DNA of 31,190 nt from a virus (Duplodnaviria > Caudoviricetes), in IMG/VR virus record IMGVR_UViG_3300030059_001160, positions 1-31,190 of that record; one strand, given 5' to 3'. This document shows, piece after piece, positions 7,405 to 16,717 of the stretch. Positions within the stretch are counted from its first letter, which is position 1. Each line of letters opens with the position of its first letter. The notes under the pieces were generated by a model, which worked only from the letters and a program-made list of their open reading frames with translations, was not told where the DNA came from and made no database searches. A program made the translations under genes and the position numbers.

Positions 7405-8643
7405 ATGCGGAAGAACTATATGAGTTTACAGGGTCTAGAAAGTATTGCCATTCATGGTCGTTTTGGAGACACTACGGTAGGACATTTGTCCGCAGGTGAA
7501 ATGGTTTTACCTAAACCTATCGCACACGATCCAGTATTAAGACGTGCATTGTTTGATGCGTTTCAAAGGCACGACACAGACCCCAATAGATACACAGTAG
7601 GTCATTACGAAAACTCTATAAACCCTTTGACTGGTGTTCCTGAGTTTGGTTGGTTCAAAGACACTTTAAGAAAGATAGCTCCAACCGTAGGTAGAGTAAT
7701 AGGGTTCGCTATCGGTGGACCAGGGGGTGCTGCGATAGGCGGTAGTCTAGGTACTGCAGCAGCAGGCGGTAATAGACAAGACATTCTTAAATCTGCCGCA
7801 ACTTCATACATAGGTGGTAGCGTAGCTCAGGGTATGGGTGTCCAAGGTGATCTAGGTGTTTCAAAAGGACTAGGATCACTTAACCCTTTCGGTGATAGTT
7901 TTATGCTTTCTAAAGGTCAGATGCTTGGTCCAACTGAAAGCACTGCAGGCGGTATCGGTGGATTTTTCCAAGATGTAGGTGCTGCAGGCGGTAATGCGTT
8001 AGGTATGTCTGGTACAGGAGCGGGTACTACTGAAGGATTTAAATTAGGTGACAGTTACAAAAATTTAAGTACTCTAGGAAAAGTTGGCGTAGGTGCAACA
8101 GCATTAGCTGCCATGGGTGGTTTTGAAGAGCAAGGCGGTGATGCAAGAATGCCTCCCCCAAGCGGTGAATTAGATGGCTATCTACAAAACCCATTAAGAC
8201 CTGCTACAGATTCGGGTCAATATGGTGTACAAGGTTCAAGAACAGGAAGCGGTTTTGATGAAACTTCTCGTTTACCTTCTTCTTCAATAGCTTCTTTAGA
8301 TCCTTCTACCGCAGCATTTTTTAGAGCAATGGAAAAAGACGACGATGAAAGTTACACAGATTTGATGTTTCCACAATTTGAAAGACTTAGCGCAAATCAA
8401 GGCGGTGGAATCGATATGAACGAATTAGACCTACGGCAAACAGGCGGTGGGATACAAGACCTACAAGGTTCCGGAGATAAAGATACGGTAAACGCAAAAC
8501 TCGCAGACGGTGAGTTTGTTTTAACAAAACAAAGTGTGAAAGGCGTAGGCGACGGAAACCACGATAAAGGCATTGAAAAGTTATATCAATTTATGAATTT
8601 TAATGAAAACAAAGCAATGGACATGGGATTAGGAAGAGCATAA
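7405..8643 (+). CDS. Putative internal virion/ejection protein (Gly-rich)
   Basis: Gly/Ala-rich hydrophobic core (IGFAIGGPGGAAIGGSLG), SINPLTGVPEF, and a duplicated DTxxxxLxxGExVL motif. The start may be ATG 7420. Confidence 0.6.
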   Translation: MRKNYMSLQGLESIAIHGRFGDTTVGHLSAGEMVLPKPIAHDPVLRRALFDAFQRHDTDPNRYTVGHYENSINPLTGVPEFGWFKDTLRKIAPTVGRVIGFAIGGPGGAAIGGSLGTAAAGGNRQDILKSAATSYIGGSVAQGMGVQGDLGVSKGLGSLNPFGDSFMLSKGQMLGPTESTAGGIGGFFQDVGAAGGNALGMSGTGAGTTEGFKLGDSYKNLSTLGKVGVGATALAAMGGFEEQGGDARMPPPSGELDGYLQNPLRPATDSGQYGVQGSRTGSGFDETSRLPSSSIASLDPSTAAFFRAMEKDDDESYTDLMFPQFERLSANQGGGIDMNELDLRQTGGGIQDLQGSGDKDTVNAKLADGEFVLTKQSVKGVGDGNHDKGIEKLYQFMNFNENKAMDMGLGRA

Positions 8644-9866
8644 TGGCTATAGATGAAGGGTATACACGCAGTGAAACACTACCACCAAATTATTTAGCAC
8701 AGTTTTACCAAGGTGCAGGTCAGGGTATTCCTGGTATAATGCCTTTATTGAACCAAGATCTTTATAATAAAATGCAAGGTTTCGGTGTCGCAGGTGCTAA
8801 CCCATACACATACCAAGGTCAACGTATAGCTGATTTTACACCAGCACAACAAGAAGCAATGAGGTTGTCGTCTGAAGGTGTTGGTTCATATAGCCCGTAT
8901 CTAGATAGATCAGAAGCTATAACAGAAGGTGCTTTGGCAGATGCTACACAAGGGTACGATGCAGGTGCCCAATTATTTCAAGGAGCTGTAGACCGTGGCA
9001 CTGCTGGTATAGGTGAAGGTCAACAAATGTTACGAGGCGCTGTAGACTTAGGCGCAGGTGCAATGGGAGCATTTAGACCAGAAGATATTGCTCCTTTTGC
9101 TAATCAATACACAGAAGACGTAGTTGATCAATCTTTAAGCGATGTAACTGAAAGAATGGCAGGTTCAGATATATTCAATAGAGCTATGGGGCTTGGTAAA
9201 GGTGCAGGATTTGGTTCTAGAAGTGGAGAACAAAGAAGTCAAGCAGTACAGGATATAGGTAGAGGAGCATTAAAAGGCATCGGTGCTTTACGAATGGGGG
9301 CTCAAGACCGTGCTGCTAATTTAGCTCAATCTTCGTTTAATAATCAACAGGCTCGGCAAGCAGAGCAAGCACGGTTTATGGGACAGAGTGCTGGAGGACT
9401 TGGAGCGTTTGGTGGAGCTCTCGCAGACTTATACGGGGGCGCTGGTAGAGACGTAAGTAATATGGGCTTCCAGATGGGTCAACTAGGCAGTAATTTAGGG
9501 GCACAGATAGGTAATATCGGTGGCGCTCAACAAGGTCTTATGGGTACTGACATAGCAAGACTATACGGTATGGGCGGTATGCAACAAGGACAAGGTCAAA
9601 GAGGCTTAGACTTAGATTATGGTAACTTTGTCGGGGCTTACAACTTGCCTGGACAAGCTATCGGGCAAGCAGGAAGCATGGCTACTAGTTTTGCACCAGC
9701 AATGGGAGGTACGACATTAGGACAAACCTCAACAGGTAGAACTACCAACCCGTTAATGCAAGCTGCAGGCACTGGGATTGCTGCTTACGGGGCTTTGAGA
9801 GGTGGAAACGGAAATTATGAAAACAGGGAAAGGTACACCCAAGGTCCAGGGAGCAATCCTAGATGA
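8643..9866 (+). CDS. Putative DNA ejection/pilot-type internal virion protein
   Basis: Q/G/A/M-rich helical protein (YQGQRIADFT, GMGGMQQGQGQ) with C-terminal hydrophobic AAGTGIAAYG. Coupled to the previous gene by a TAATG overlap. Confidence 0.6.
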   Translation: MAIDEGYTRSETLPPNYLAQFYQGAGQGIPGIMPLLNQDLYNKMQGFGVAGANPYTYQGQRIADFTPAQQEAMRLSSEGVGSYSPYLDRSEAITEGALADATQGYDAGAQLFQGAVDRGTAGIGEGQQMLRGAVDLGAGAMGAFRPEDIAPFANQYTEDVVDQSLSDVTERMAGSDIFNRAMGLGKGAGFGSRSGEQRSQAVQDIGRGALKGIGALRMGAQDRAANLAQSSFNNQQARQAEQARFMGQSAGGLGAFGGALADLYGGAGRDVSNMGFQMGQLGSNLGAQIGNIGGAQQGLMGTDIARLYGMGGMQQGQGQRGLDLDYGNFVGAYNLPGQAIGQAGSMATSFAPAMGGTTLGQTSTGRTTNPLMQAAGTGIAAYGALRGGNGNYENRERYTQGPGSNPR

Positions 9867-12334
9867 GTGTTCCAGCAGACAGAATGTTGAGTGGGTTGAA
9901 TCAAAACAGCATAACCACACCTTATTCAGACAGAGACTTAGCGGGTGATCCTACCGCTCAGGTAATACAACTCGCCAGCAGTGGTATACCTTTTGATCAA
10001 ATAACGGCTATGACTGGTCTTCCTGCTTCAATGATTCAAGGTATCGTAGGTCGTAACCAAACAACAAACAGAGTAGGGGATACTGTAGGTGGGATACAAA
10101 ACACAGGCACGGACAACAGTATAACTGAAATAGCAGGCGGTGTGAGTACACCAGAAACAGACAACATAGAAAAAGAGGTGGCTACTACTTTAGATAATCT
10201 TGGTCTAGACTCTGATAAAGAAGACAATGAAACAACCCTATACGATAGGGTCACTGCTGCTTCTGCTATGGGCACCGCTATGAGAGATGGCGAAGAAGTA
10301 ACACAAGATGGGGTGAATACCTATTCAACCATGGAACAAATATATAAATTTCATGGGCTTGACCCTGAAAGTCAAACAGAAGCAAATGAAATTTATTTAG
10401 ACGCTTTTAAAAACTACTTAGATACAGACGATATTAAAAAGTTTGTACCAAAACCAGATGAAGCCTTACCGTTTCTAGTTGCTGGTGCTGCTCTTATTAA
10501 CTCTGGTACAAACGGAGATGACTGGGGTACAGCTTTATCTAACGCTTTCCTGCAGTATGCTGTTGGTTCTAATAAAGAAAAGAAAGCCTATCGAAATGCT
10601 ATGGCAAGTATCGATATAAACCAAGCAAAACAGATCCAAGGATTTGCTGCTGACTTAGGACTTGCTACAGCTAAACAAAGAAACACCCTTAGACAAAGTT
10701 TAATCACAGCTAAAAAAGCCCCGTACGCAGTTCCTGGACAAAATGGTCCAGCTTACCTAACAGACGCAGAACTTGATATGTATCCTGGAGCAACCCCTTA
10801 TCAAAAAGAGATAGGTGCGTACAGTGTTATGGAAGATATTAATAAAGATGGAGTACCTGACGGATCGGCAGGCGGGGTAGCTTTGCAATTATCAAAAGAG
10901 CAAGCTCGGAGTTTGAGCAGTAAAGGGTTTATAGTGAGTCCTGGACATGATGCGCTGTTAAAGAAAACTTTATTTAATGTAGACGGTCAGCTAAAAGCAT
11001 TCACAGAAATGCAACGTAACGAATGGGTAGGAAATAACCCTAACAAAACTATAACTAAAGTTGGAGCTGCGAACTCTGTCGCTGTACAGGACATATACAC
11101 AGGTGAAGTTAGTTTTCAAGAACAAAGTAATTTAATCGGTGGTAAGGGTGGTGGTGCGAAACCTGGATATGAAAACTATGTTCCAGTAACCGATAGTCAA
11201 AGTGTGGTTGTCAGCCCAGATGGAACATTTACTATGACTAAGGGTCAACCTAGTATTCTTTCAGGTTTTTTAACCCCAAGAGAAGTGAGTAAAAAACAAA
11301 ATGAAGTAACTGCTAACGTACGCATGATAGATACAAACACAAGAAACATATTAAGAACTGCGAGTAATATTTTCGGTGTATTAGAAGAAGCGGAACAAAG
11401 TGGTTCGCCTGTCGCTTTCGGTGCAGCAGGAACTTTGACAACAGTCGGTAAAAATATTATCGATCAAGTCGATCAGTTTGGAACAGTGTTGAGAGGTGGT
11501 GACCGTTTTGATTTTTATAATGATGCTAACGGTAACGGTAAGAGAGACGAAGGCGAGAGCATGAATTTATCTGAGTTCGAAACTCAGTTTGGTGATCAAT
11601 TTGCATCAACAGGTCTTGGTAAATATTTAGAAGAATCTGGTTTGGGTAGAAAACGTATAAACGCCATGATATTCACACTGGCTTTACAAAGTGCTGCGAG
11701 TGATAATCAAAAAGGGCGGGACATATCGGATAAAGATATTGAAAGATTTCTTGCTCGATCTGGTGCTTTCGCTACTTCTCCAGAAGAATTTAGAACTTTA
11801 ATACTTGACTTATCAGGTGAAGCAATAGACAAACGTGATCAGTATGTGGACACACTAGGAAAGTACGACACAACCAGAATACTTGCTCCTGGAGAAGAAC
11901 TTAAAATTAAACAAGCACGTAGAGCCGGAAACATGGAATATGCACCAGAAACAATTGGGTTCTACGATGCTGTTTTTGATCAAAACGCACGTGATGAATG
12001 GGAAACTATCGGAATATCAAGAGATAGACCAGATGAAAATATTGCTAGTTGGCGAGATATAACTCGTAAAGGCGCTACTCCAAGAGTTGTTAACCCTGCT
12101 TACTTAGCACCTACACCAGAAGGCGGTGGGGAAAGATCAGGTATCGGTACTTCAACAATAGATGACGTATACAATGACATACTCAATTCTAAAAACCCTC
12201 TAAATAGATTAGAGTTTTATAGAACTAAAAATCCAGAAGCATTCAATAAAACAATAAATCCGTATTTATTACAACGTCTTAAAGATGATCCTAGATTGAT
12301 AGAAGTAATCCCCCAGTTAGGTGGAACTCCATAA
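9863..12334 (+). CDS. Large putative internal virion protein
   Basis: 823-aa ORF within the coupled ejection-protein block. Two DxDxDG-type loops; no recognisable enzyme motif. Confidence 0.55.
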   Translation: MSVPADRMLSGLNQNSITTPYSDRDLAGDPTAQVIQLASSGIPFDQITAMTGLPASMIQGIVGRNQTTNRVGDTVGGIQNTGTDNSITEIAGGVSTPETDNIEKEVATTLDNLGLDSDKEDNETTLYDRVTAASAMGTAMRDGEEVTQDGVNTYSTMEQIYKFHGLDPESQTEANEIYLDAFKNYLDTDDIKKFVPKPDEALPFLVAGAALINSGTNGDDWGTALSNAFLQYAVGSNKEKKAYRNAMASIDINQAKQIQGFAADLGLATAKQRNTLRQSLITAKKAPYAVPGQNGPAYLTDAELDMYPGATPYQKEIGAYSVMEDINKDGVPDGSAGGVALQLSKEQARSLSSKGFIVSPGHDALLKKTLFNVDGQLKAFTEMQRNEWVGNNPNKTITKVGAANSVAVQDIYTGEVSFQEQSNLIGGKGGGAKPGYENYVPVTDSQSVVVSPDGTFTMTKGQPSILSGFLTPREVSKKQNEVTANVRMIDTNTRNILRTASNIFGVLEEAEQSGSPVAFGAAGTLTTVGKNIIDQVDQFGTVLRGGDRFDFYNDANGNGKRDEGESMNLSEFETQFGDQFASTGLGKYLEESGLGRKRINAMIFTLALQSAASDNQKGRDISDKDIERFLARSGAFATSPEEFRTLILDLSGEAIDKRDQYVDTLGKYDTTRILAPGEELKIKQARRAGNMEYAPETIGFYDAVFDQNARDEWETIGISRDRPDENIASWRDITRKGATPRVVNPAYLAPTPEGGGERSGIGTSTIDDVYNDILNSKNPLNRLEFYRTKNPEAFNKTINPYLLQRLKDDPRLIEVIPQLGGTP

Positions 12335-15303
12335 TGGGTGTACCTACTGACATCATAAATCAAATGCTAGACGCAGAACTGGCAAAAAGATCTGGTGCTC
12401 AAAAATCCCAACCAGATTATACTGGTATAATTAATACAGATTTCGGGACACCAAAAGCTGACGCGTTAGCCAAGTTTGGATACGATACTCCTCAATATAA
12501 TTTTCCTGGAATCTACGGGGAAACAGGTATTACACCCAGAGGCGAACAAAAAGCAATTGATGCAGGTATAGTGGCAAATGATCCGTTTATAACTGAAAAC
12601 ATGATGGATCAAGCTTCTCCCCTCGCACGCTCAAAATTTTCTGGAGTAGACTATGAAGCTGGAGCTACTCCTGGAAAAACTATAAGAGATTTATCATACT
12701 TACCTGAAGATATAAAGAACGATCCTGTAACAGGTCCAGACTCAATCACTCGAATATTACAAGATAATTATAGAGAATCAGGAGCTGATATTCCTCCTGA
12801 TTTTAACTGGGATGTACGCACTGATCCTACTATGGAAAATCAATTTATATTCAATGATCCAGTTACGGGTAAACCTCGACCAGTCAATCCTCCTGGAATA
12901 AACGCAGGTGATTTAGAAGCGTTTTTAAAACCACTTGCTGCTGAAGTTGGACCAGCTTTGGTTGCAGCGATTGCTGCTTCTCCTGGTTCTCCGCTTGCTA
13001 GTATCCCTGCCGCAATTACTATGGAAACAATGGGTACATACTTTTTTAGATCTTATCATTTAGACCGCATGCAAAAAGAAGGCTACATTCCAGAAAACTA
13101 TGATATTCAGGCTAGAGCTATGAAAGATGCAGGTTTCACCGCTCTTTTCGGTGCTAGTGCAGGTGCTGCATACGGTGCCTACAGAGTATTTTCTGGTAGA
13201 GGGCTAGGTGGTTTTCCTATAAATAAAGAAGATTTTATGACCTCTTTCGACAGTTTGAAGAAAGAAGGAATAGTTGATCCTAAGACGCTAACAAGCCCAC
13301 AGGTTGCATTAGCGGGGGACTCTGGTTCTATGAGCATGGCAGCAAGACTAGAAGAAATGCTAAGAGCTGAGTCTAAGAAAAATACAAGATTAGGTAAGGT
13401 GTTGACTGAAAAATACGATGATCAAGAAAAATTCTTTGTGAAAATTGTAGACAACCTGATAGAAAATTACGGAGTGACAAGAGAACAAGCGGAAGAAGGT
13501 GCCAACTTATATCTTAGAAGAGATCAAGGTCTGGGTATACAAGCAGCAGGAAGAGTAGACTTACTACAAAGACAAGCACCTATTCAAAATCAAATAGACG
13601 AGTTATCCCAAAAATCTGATAGCATTTTTACAAACCTAACAAACGGTAAAATTCCTGCAGACGAAGCAGGTCTCGCTATACGAGATACAGCGGTAGAGGT
13701 GAAAAGATTAAACAGAGTAGAAGTCGATAATCAATTTGATGCTGCTTATAAAAAAGCGGGGTTCACAGCGAATGCTAAACCTTTTGACTACAGCTCTATA
13801 CAACAAATAGCAGAAAGTATCCTAAAAGGACAGGAAGGCGCAGGTCTACCGAATGAACAAGTAAGAGCGTTAGCTAGTACATTTTTAGAACAAACAGGTA
13901 AAATGAAAAATAAAGCTGTTGGTTTTAAAAACTATAAAAACGATGTCCGCCAAATACAAACAGCTATAGATTCAATCGCTGCTAAAGGCGGGGACTACAG
14001 TGATTTACTTCGTTTACGAGAAGAAATGATGACTCTTCGAAGCAGTGCTTTACAGAATAAAGGCAACAAAGATGCTCTTAAAATATATGACGATGCAGAG
14101 GGTGCGTTTAAACAGTCTAATTTAGATTTTGATAATGATCTTATTAAAAGAATCACTGCTTTACAAAAAGCAGGGTCTGATAAATATAAACTAGGAGACA
14201 AGCAAGCGTATGAAAGTGTCCTAACCGCAATACGCAGTAATGTAGACACTGATTATTTAAATAAAATAGTACTGGATCCAGAAAACACAGGAGCGTATTT
14301 CGGTCTTCGTGATGGGATACGTGGTGATTTTTTCTCTAAAGTTGTAGACGATACTAACCCTGACGGTTTGTTAAGACCGAAGGGGGGTAATCAATACAAT
14401 AAATTTATGGCGGAAAATGAAAAATTAATCAATAGGTTTTTCACACCTGATGAAGTAGCAGAATTTACAAGCCCTGAATCTTTTATTAATGGTTACAATA
14501 AAAGACAAAAAGATTTATTTGATTTAAAAGACGCGGTAGAAAGTTCGAGTACTTTAAAAGGTATTATAAAGACGAACAGCCCAGAAGAAATATTTGAATC
14601 TTCTTGGAAAAAAGATAACATATCTATGCCCATGGAACTACGAGCCATGCTCGAAAGACAAGGGTCTACTGAATTAATAGATAGTTACAGAAGATACATA
14701 GTTGACGATTTAATGAAAGCAACACAAGGTGAATCGTCAAGAATTTTTTTAGGTAAAACATTCAATGGTCAAAAATTGATAACCTATACTGATGAATATT
14801 CAGCTCAATTAACAGAGTTTTTTGGAGAATCTTTCCCTAGAAACTTGAAAAATATTGGAGAAAAATTAAAAGTATTTGATGATTTAAACGTAGAGCAAGC
14901 TAACCGTGGACAGAAAATGTTGTATAATATTTTGAACCAAGGAGCACGTACTTACGTCGGACTGTTTACAACTGCAGGGCGTGCTTTAACTGCTGGTAAA
15001 ATGGCTAAAGGCGCTCTAGAAAAAAGTCAAGAAATGAGACTTTTAACAAATCCTGAAGCATTATATGAAGCTATAATCGCAGCTAAAAAACTCAATGATC
15101 CTGTAACTAAATTACTTGCAAGAGCGTTGGGTAGAGAAGGTTTAACTTTTGCTACAGATGATGAAGTACCGCCTTCCGATGTTACAGAAAGACAAATGAC
15201 CATATTTGGTCCAGGGATGCAAACAGAACGAGACGAAATGAATTACGGTGGACATGTTATGAGAAAACTAGGTGTCCCTTTACGATACGGTTACGGAGAT
15301 TAA
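12334..15303 (+). CDS. Large putative internal virion (ejectosome-like) protein
   Basis: 989 aa, mostly helical, with hydrophobic Ala-rich segments (ALVAAIAASPGSPLASIPAAI; ALFGASAGAAYG). TAATG coupling. Size and position fit podovirus ejection proteins. Confidence 0.55.
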   Translation: MGVPTDIINQMLDAELAKRSGAQKSQPDYTGIINTDFGTPKADALAKFGYDTPQYNFPGIYGETGITPRGEQKAIDAGIVANDPFITENMMDQASPLARSKFSGVDYEAGATPGKTIRDLSYLPEDIKNDPVTGPDSITRILQDNYRESGADIPPDFNWDVRTDPTMENQFIFNDPVTGKPRPVNPPGINAGDLEAFLKPLAAEVGPALVAAIAASPGSPLASIPAAITMETMGTYFFRSYHLDRMQKEGYIPENYDIQARAMKDAGFTALFGASAGAAYGAYRVFSGRGLGGFPINKEDFMTSFDSLKKEGIVDPKTLTSPQVALAGDSGSMSMAARLEEMLRAESKKNTRLGKVLTEKYDDQEKFFVKIVDNLIENYGVTREQAEEGANLYLRRDQGLGIQAAGRVDLLQRQAPIQNQIDELSQKSDSIFTNLTNGKIPADEAGLAIRDTAVEVKRLNRVEVDNQFDAAYKKAGFTANAKPFDYSSIQQIAESILKGQEGAGLPNEQVRALASTFLEQTGKMKNKAVGFKNYKNDVRQIQTAIDSIAAKGGDYSDLLRLREEMMTLRSSALQNKGNKDALKIYDDAEGAFKQSNLDFDNDLIKRITALQKAGSDKYKLGDKQAYESVLTAIRSNVDTDYLNKIVLDPENTGAYFGLRDGIRGDFFSKVVDDTNPDGLLRPKGGNQYNKFMAENEKLINRFFTPDEVAEFTSPESFINGYNKRQKDLFDLKDAVESSSTLKGIIKTNSPEEIFESSWKKDNISMPMELRAMLERQGSTELIDSYRRYIVDDLMKATQGESSRIFLGKTFNGQKLITYTDEYSAQLTEFFGESFPRNLKNIGEKLKVFDDLNVEQANRGQKMLYNILNQGARTYVGLFTTAGRALTAGKMAKGALEKSQEMRLLTNPEALYEAIIAAKKLNDPVTKLLARALGREGLTFATDDEVPPSDVTERQMTIFGPGMQTERDEMNYGGHVMRKLGVPLRYGYGD

Positions 15304-15304
15304 C

Positions 15305-16717
15305 TTGGGTATATTATCAGACATAGTTTCTAACATTCAAACAAGACAGGGTCAACCGTCTGTAGGCGGTGGTATCATGGATAATTTTAAAAATACAAGT
15401 CGGTTTACCACAGAAGATTTAGTGAATCCAAGTCAAAATAACATAATGCCTATCCCTGATCAAATCGGTCTTAATGCCATGCAAAGACGCACGTTTGGAA
15501 ATTTTGGAGCAGATAGTGGAGCAGGTGGTGGAGCAGGTGGTGGAGCAGGTGGTGGAGCACTCCCTATAGAGGGGGCAACTACAGATCCACTTACAGAATC
15601 TATAACAGGTAAAGAAACAATGTACGGTGTCCCTGGAGCAGCGGCAGCATCAGCGGGCATGGGTAGTGGTCTTGGTTCTATCAGTAGTAATATCGGTATA
15701 GGTGGTGGATTTACAGGTGGAGCTCCAGAAAAAACATACTCTGAATATGCTGATCCTTTATTTTCTTTAGATCCTGCAGATTCTGCATTACTTGGATTAA
15801 CTGGACCTAATCCAGATGCAGCTAGTAACATACAGTCAGACCTTGCTAATGCTATAGCAGCTGCAGAAGCTGCAGACGCATACGGTGCATCGATGCCCAA
15901 TGAAGGAATTAAAGGAATTATTGATAAATTATCTGGAATGGTCAAAGACCCTAGTTTAACAAAAGAAATTAAAGCCAAGGCTTTAGCAGAGTTAAAAGCG
16001 GAACTTGCAAAAAGAGAAGATGGAGGCTCATCAGGATCAACAGGTCAAGTGCCAGGTTCTGGAGCACAAGGATTAGCTAATTCAAAAGCCGAACCAGGGG
16101 TTACGGTATCTATTCCAGGAGCTTTATCTGCATTTAGTATTAGTCCTGCTGCTTATCTATACAGTGGTGCTGGTTCTAGTTTTGAATCAGGGCGTAATGA
16201 ATATACTGAATCAGGTCAATACGATATAGACAAGGCAGCCAGAGATGCTGAGTTTGATGCGATGCGCGAGCAAGCAAGAATAGATGCTGGCTTACCCTAT
16301 AACAGATTAACTCCAGAAGAAACTCAACAAGCAGTTAAAGATATGCACGCACGTATAGGAGGAGATTTTCGAGACTATTTAAACAATCTTGGAAAATCTA
16401 AACCTGATACTACTGGGGCTTATGAATTGGGGGTTGCTAATAGAGCAGCAGCTTCAGAGGCATACATTCCTCCAGGAGAGGGTTACGTGGACTCGCCTTT
16501 ATATACTGGAGAATCAGATCCTTATATTCAAGAACCGTTAATGGGTCTTCCTTCTTTATCTAGTATGGAAAGACGAGGCGGGGGAGGACGAGCAAGAAAA
16601 AATCAAGGTGGTGCGATTTATCAGCAACAGCAACCTATGACTGCTACCGACATGAATCGTGGTGCTAGATATATGCGGAACGGTGGAGTAGTTTTGCCCT
16701 ACCCTTACTCACAATAA
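15305..16717 (+). CDS. Low-complexity G/A/S-rich protein, probably virion-internal
   Basis: TTG at 15305 with GGAG at 15295-15298. GAGG repeats and C-terminal KNQGG/MRNGG motifs. Last gene of the + strand late block. Confidence 0.55.
   Translation: MGILSDIVSNIQTRQGQPSVGGGIMDNFKNTSRFTTEDLVNPSQNNIMPIPDQIGLNAMQRRTFGNFGADSGAGGGAGGGAGGGALPIEGATTDPLTESITGKETMYGVPGAAAASAGMGSGLGSISSNIGIGGGFTGGAPEKTYSEYADPLFSLDPADSALLGLTGPNPDAASNIQSDLANAIAAAEAADAYGASMPNEGIKGIIDKLSGMVKDPSLTKEIKAKALAELKAELAKREDGGSSGSTGQVPGSGAQGLANSKAEPGVTVSIPGALSAFSISPAAYLYSGAGSSFESGRNEYTESGQYDIDKAARDAEFDAMREQARIDAGLPYNRLTPEETQQAVKDMHARIGGDFRDYLNNLGKSKPDTTGAYELGVANRAAASEAYIPPGEGYVDSPLYTGESDPYIQEPLMGLPSLSSMERRGGGGRARKNQGGAIYQQQQPMTATDMNRGARYMRNGGVVLPYPYSQ
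15506..15559 (+). repeat. 12-bp tandem repeat (GGAGCAGGTGGT) encoding Gly-Ala-Gly-Gly
   Basis: One degenerate unit (ggagcagatagt at 15506), three perfect units (15518, 15530, 15542) and a partial GGAGCA. Confidence 0.9.

Noticed and set aside
15506-15559. Tandem repeat considered as a CRISPR or DGR-type repeat
   Set aside because: The units are contiguous 12-mers with no spacers, in frame within a gene. No reverse transcriptase or cas operon is present.
4060-15978. Nested ORFs in the late region (4060-4275, 5343-5543, 6070-6294, 6664-6864, 7605-7811, 10036-10275, 13995-14249, 15460-15978)
   Set aside because: They are antisense or off-frame mirrors of long genes. The Pro-rich 172-aa ORF is simply the reverse complement of the Gly-rich repeat region.
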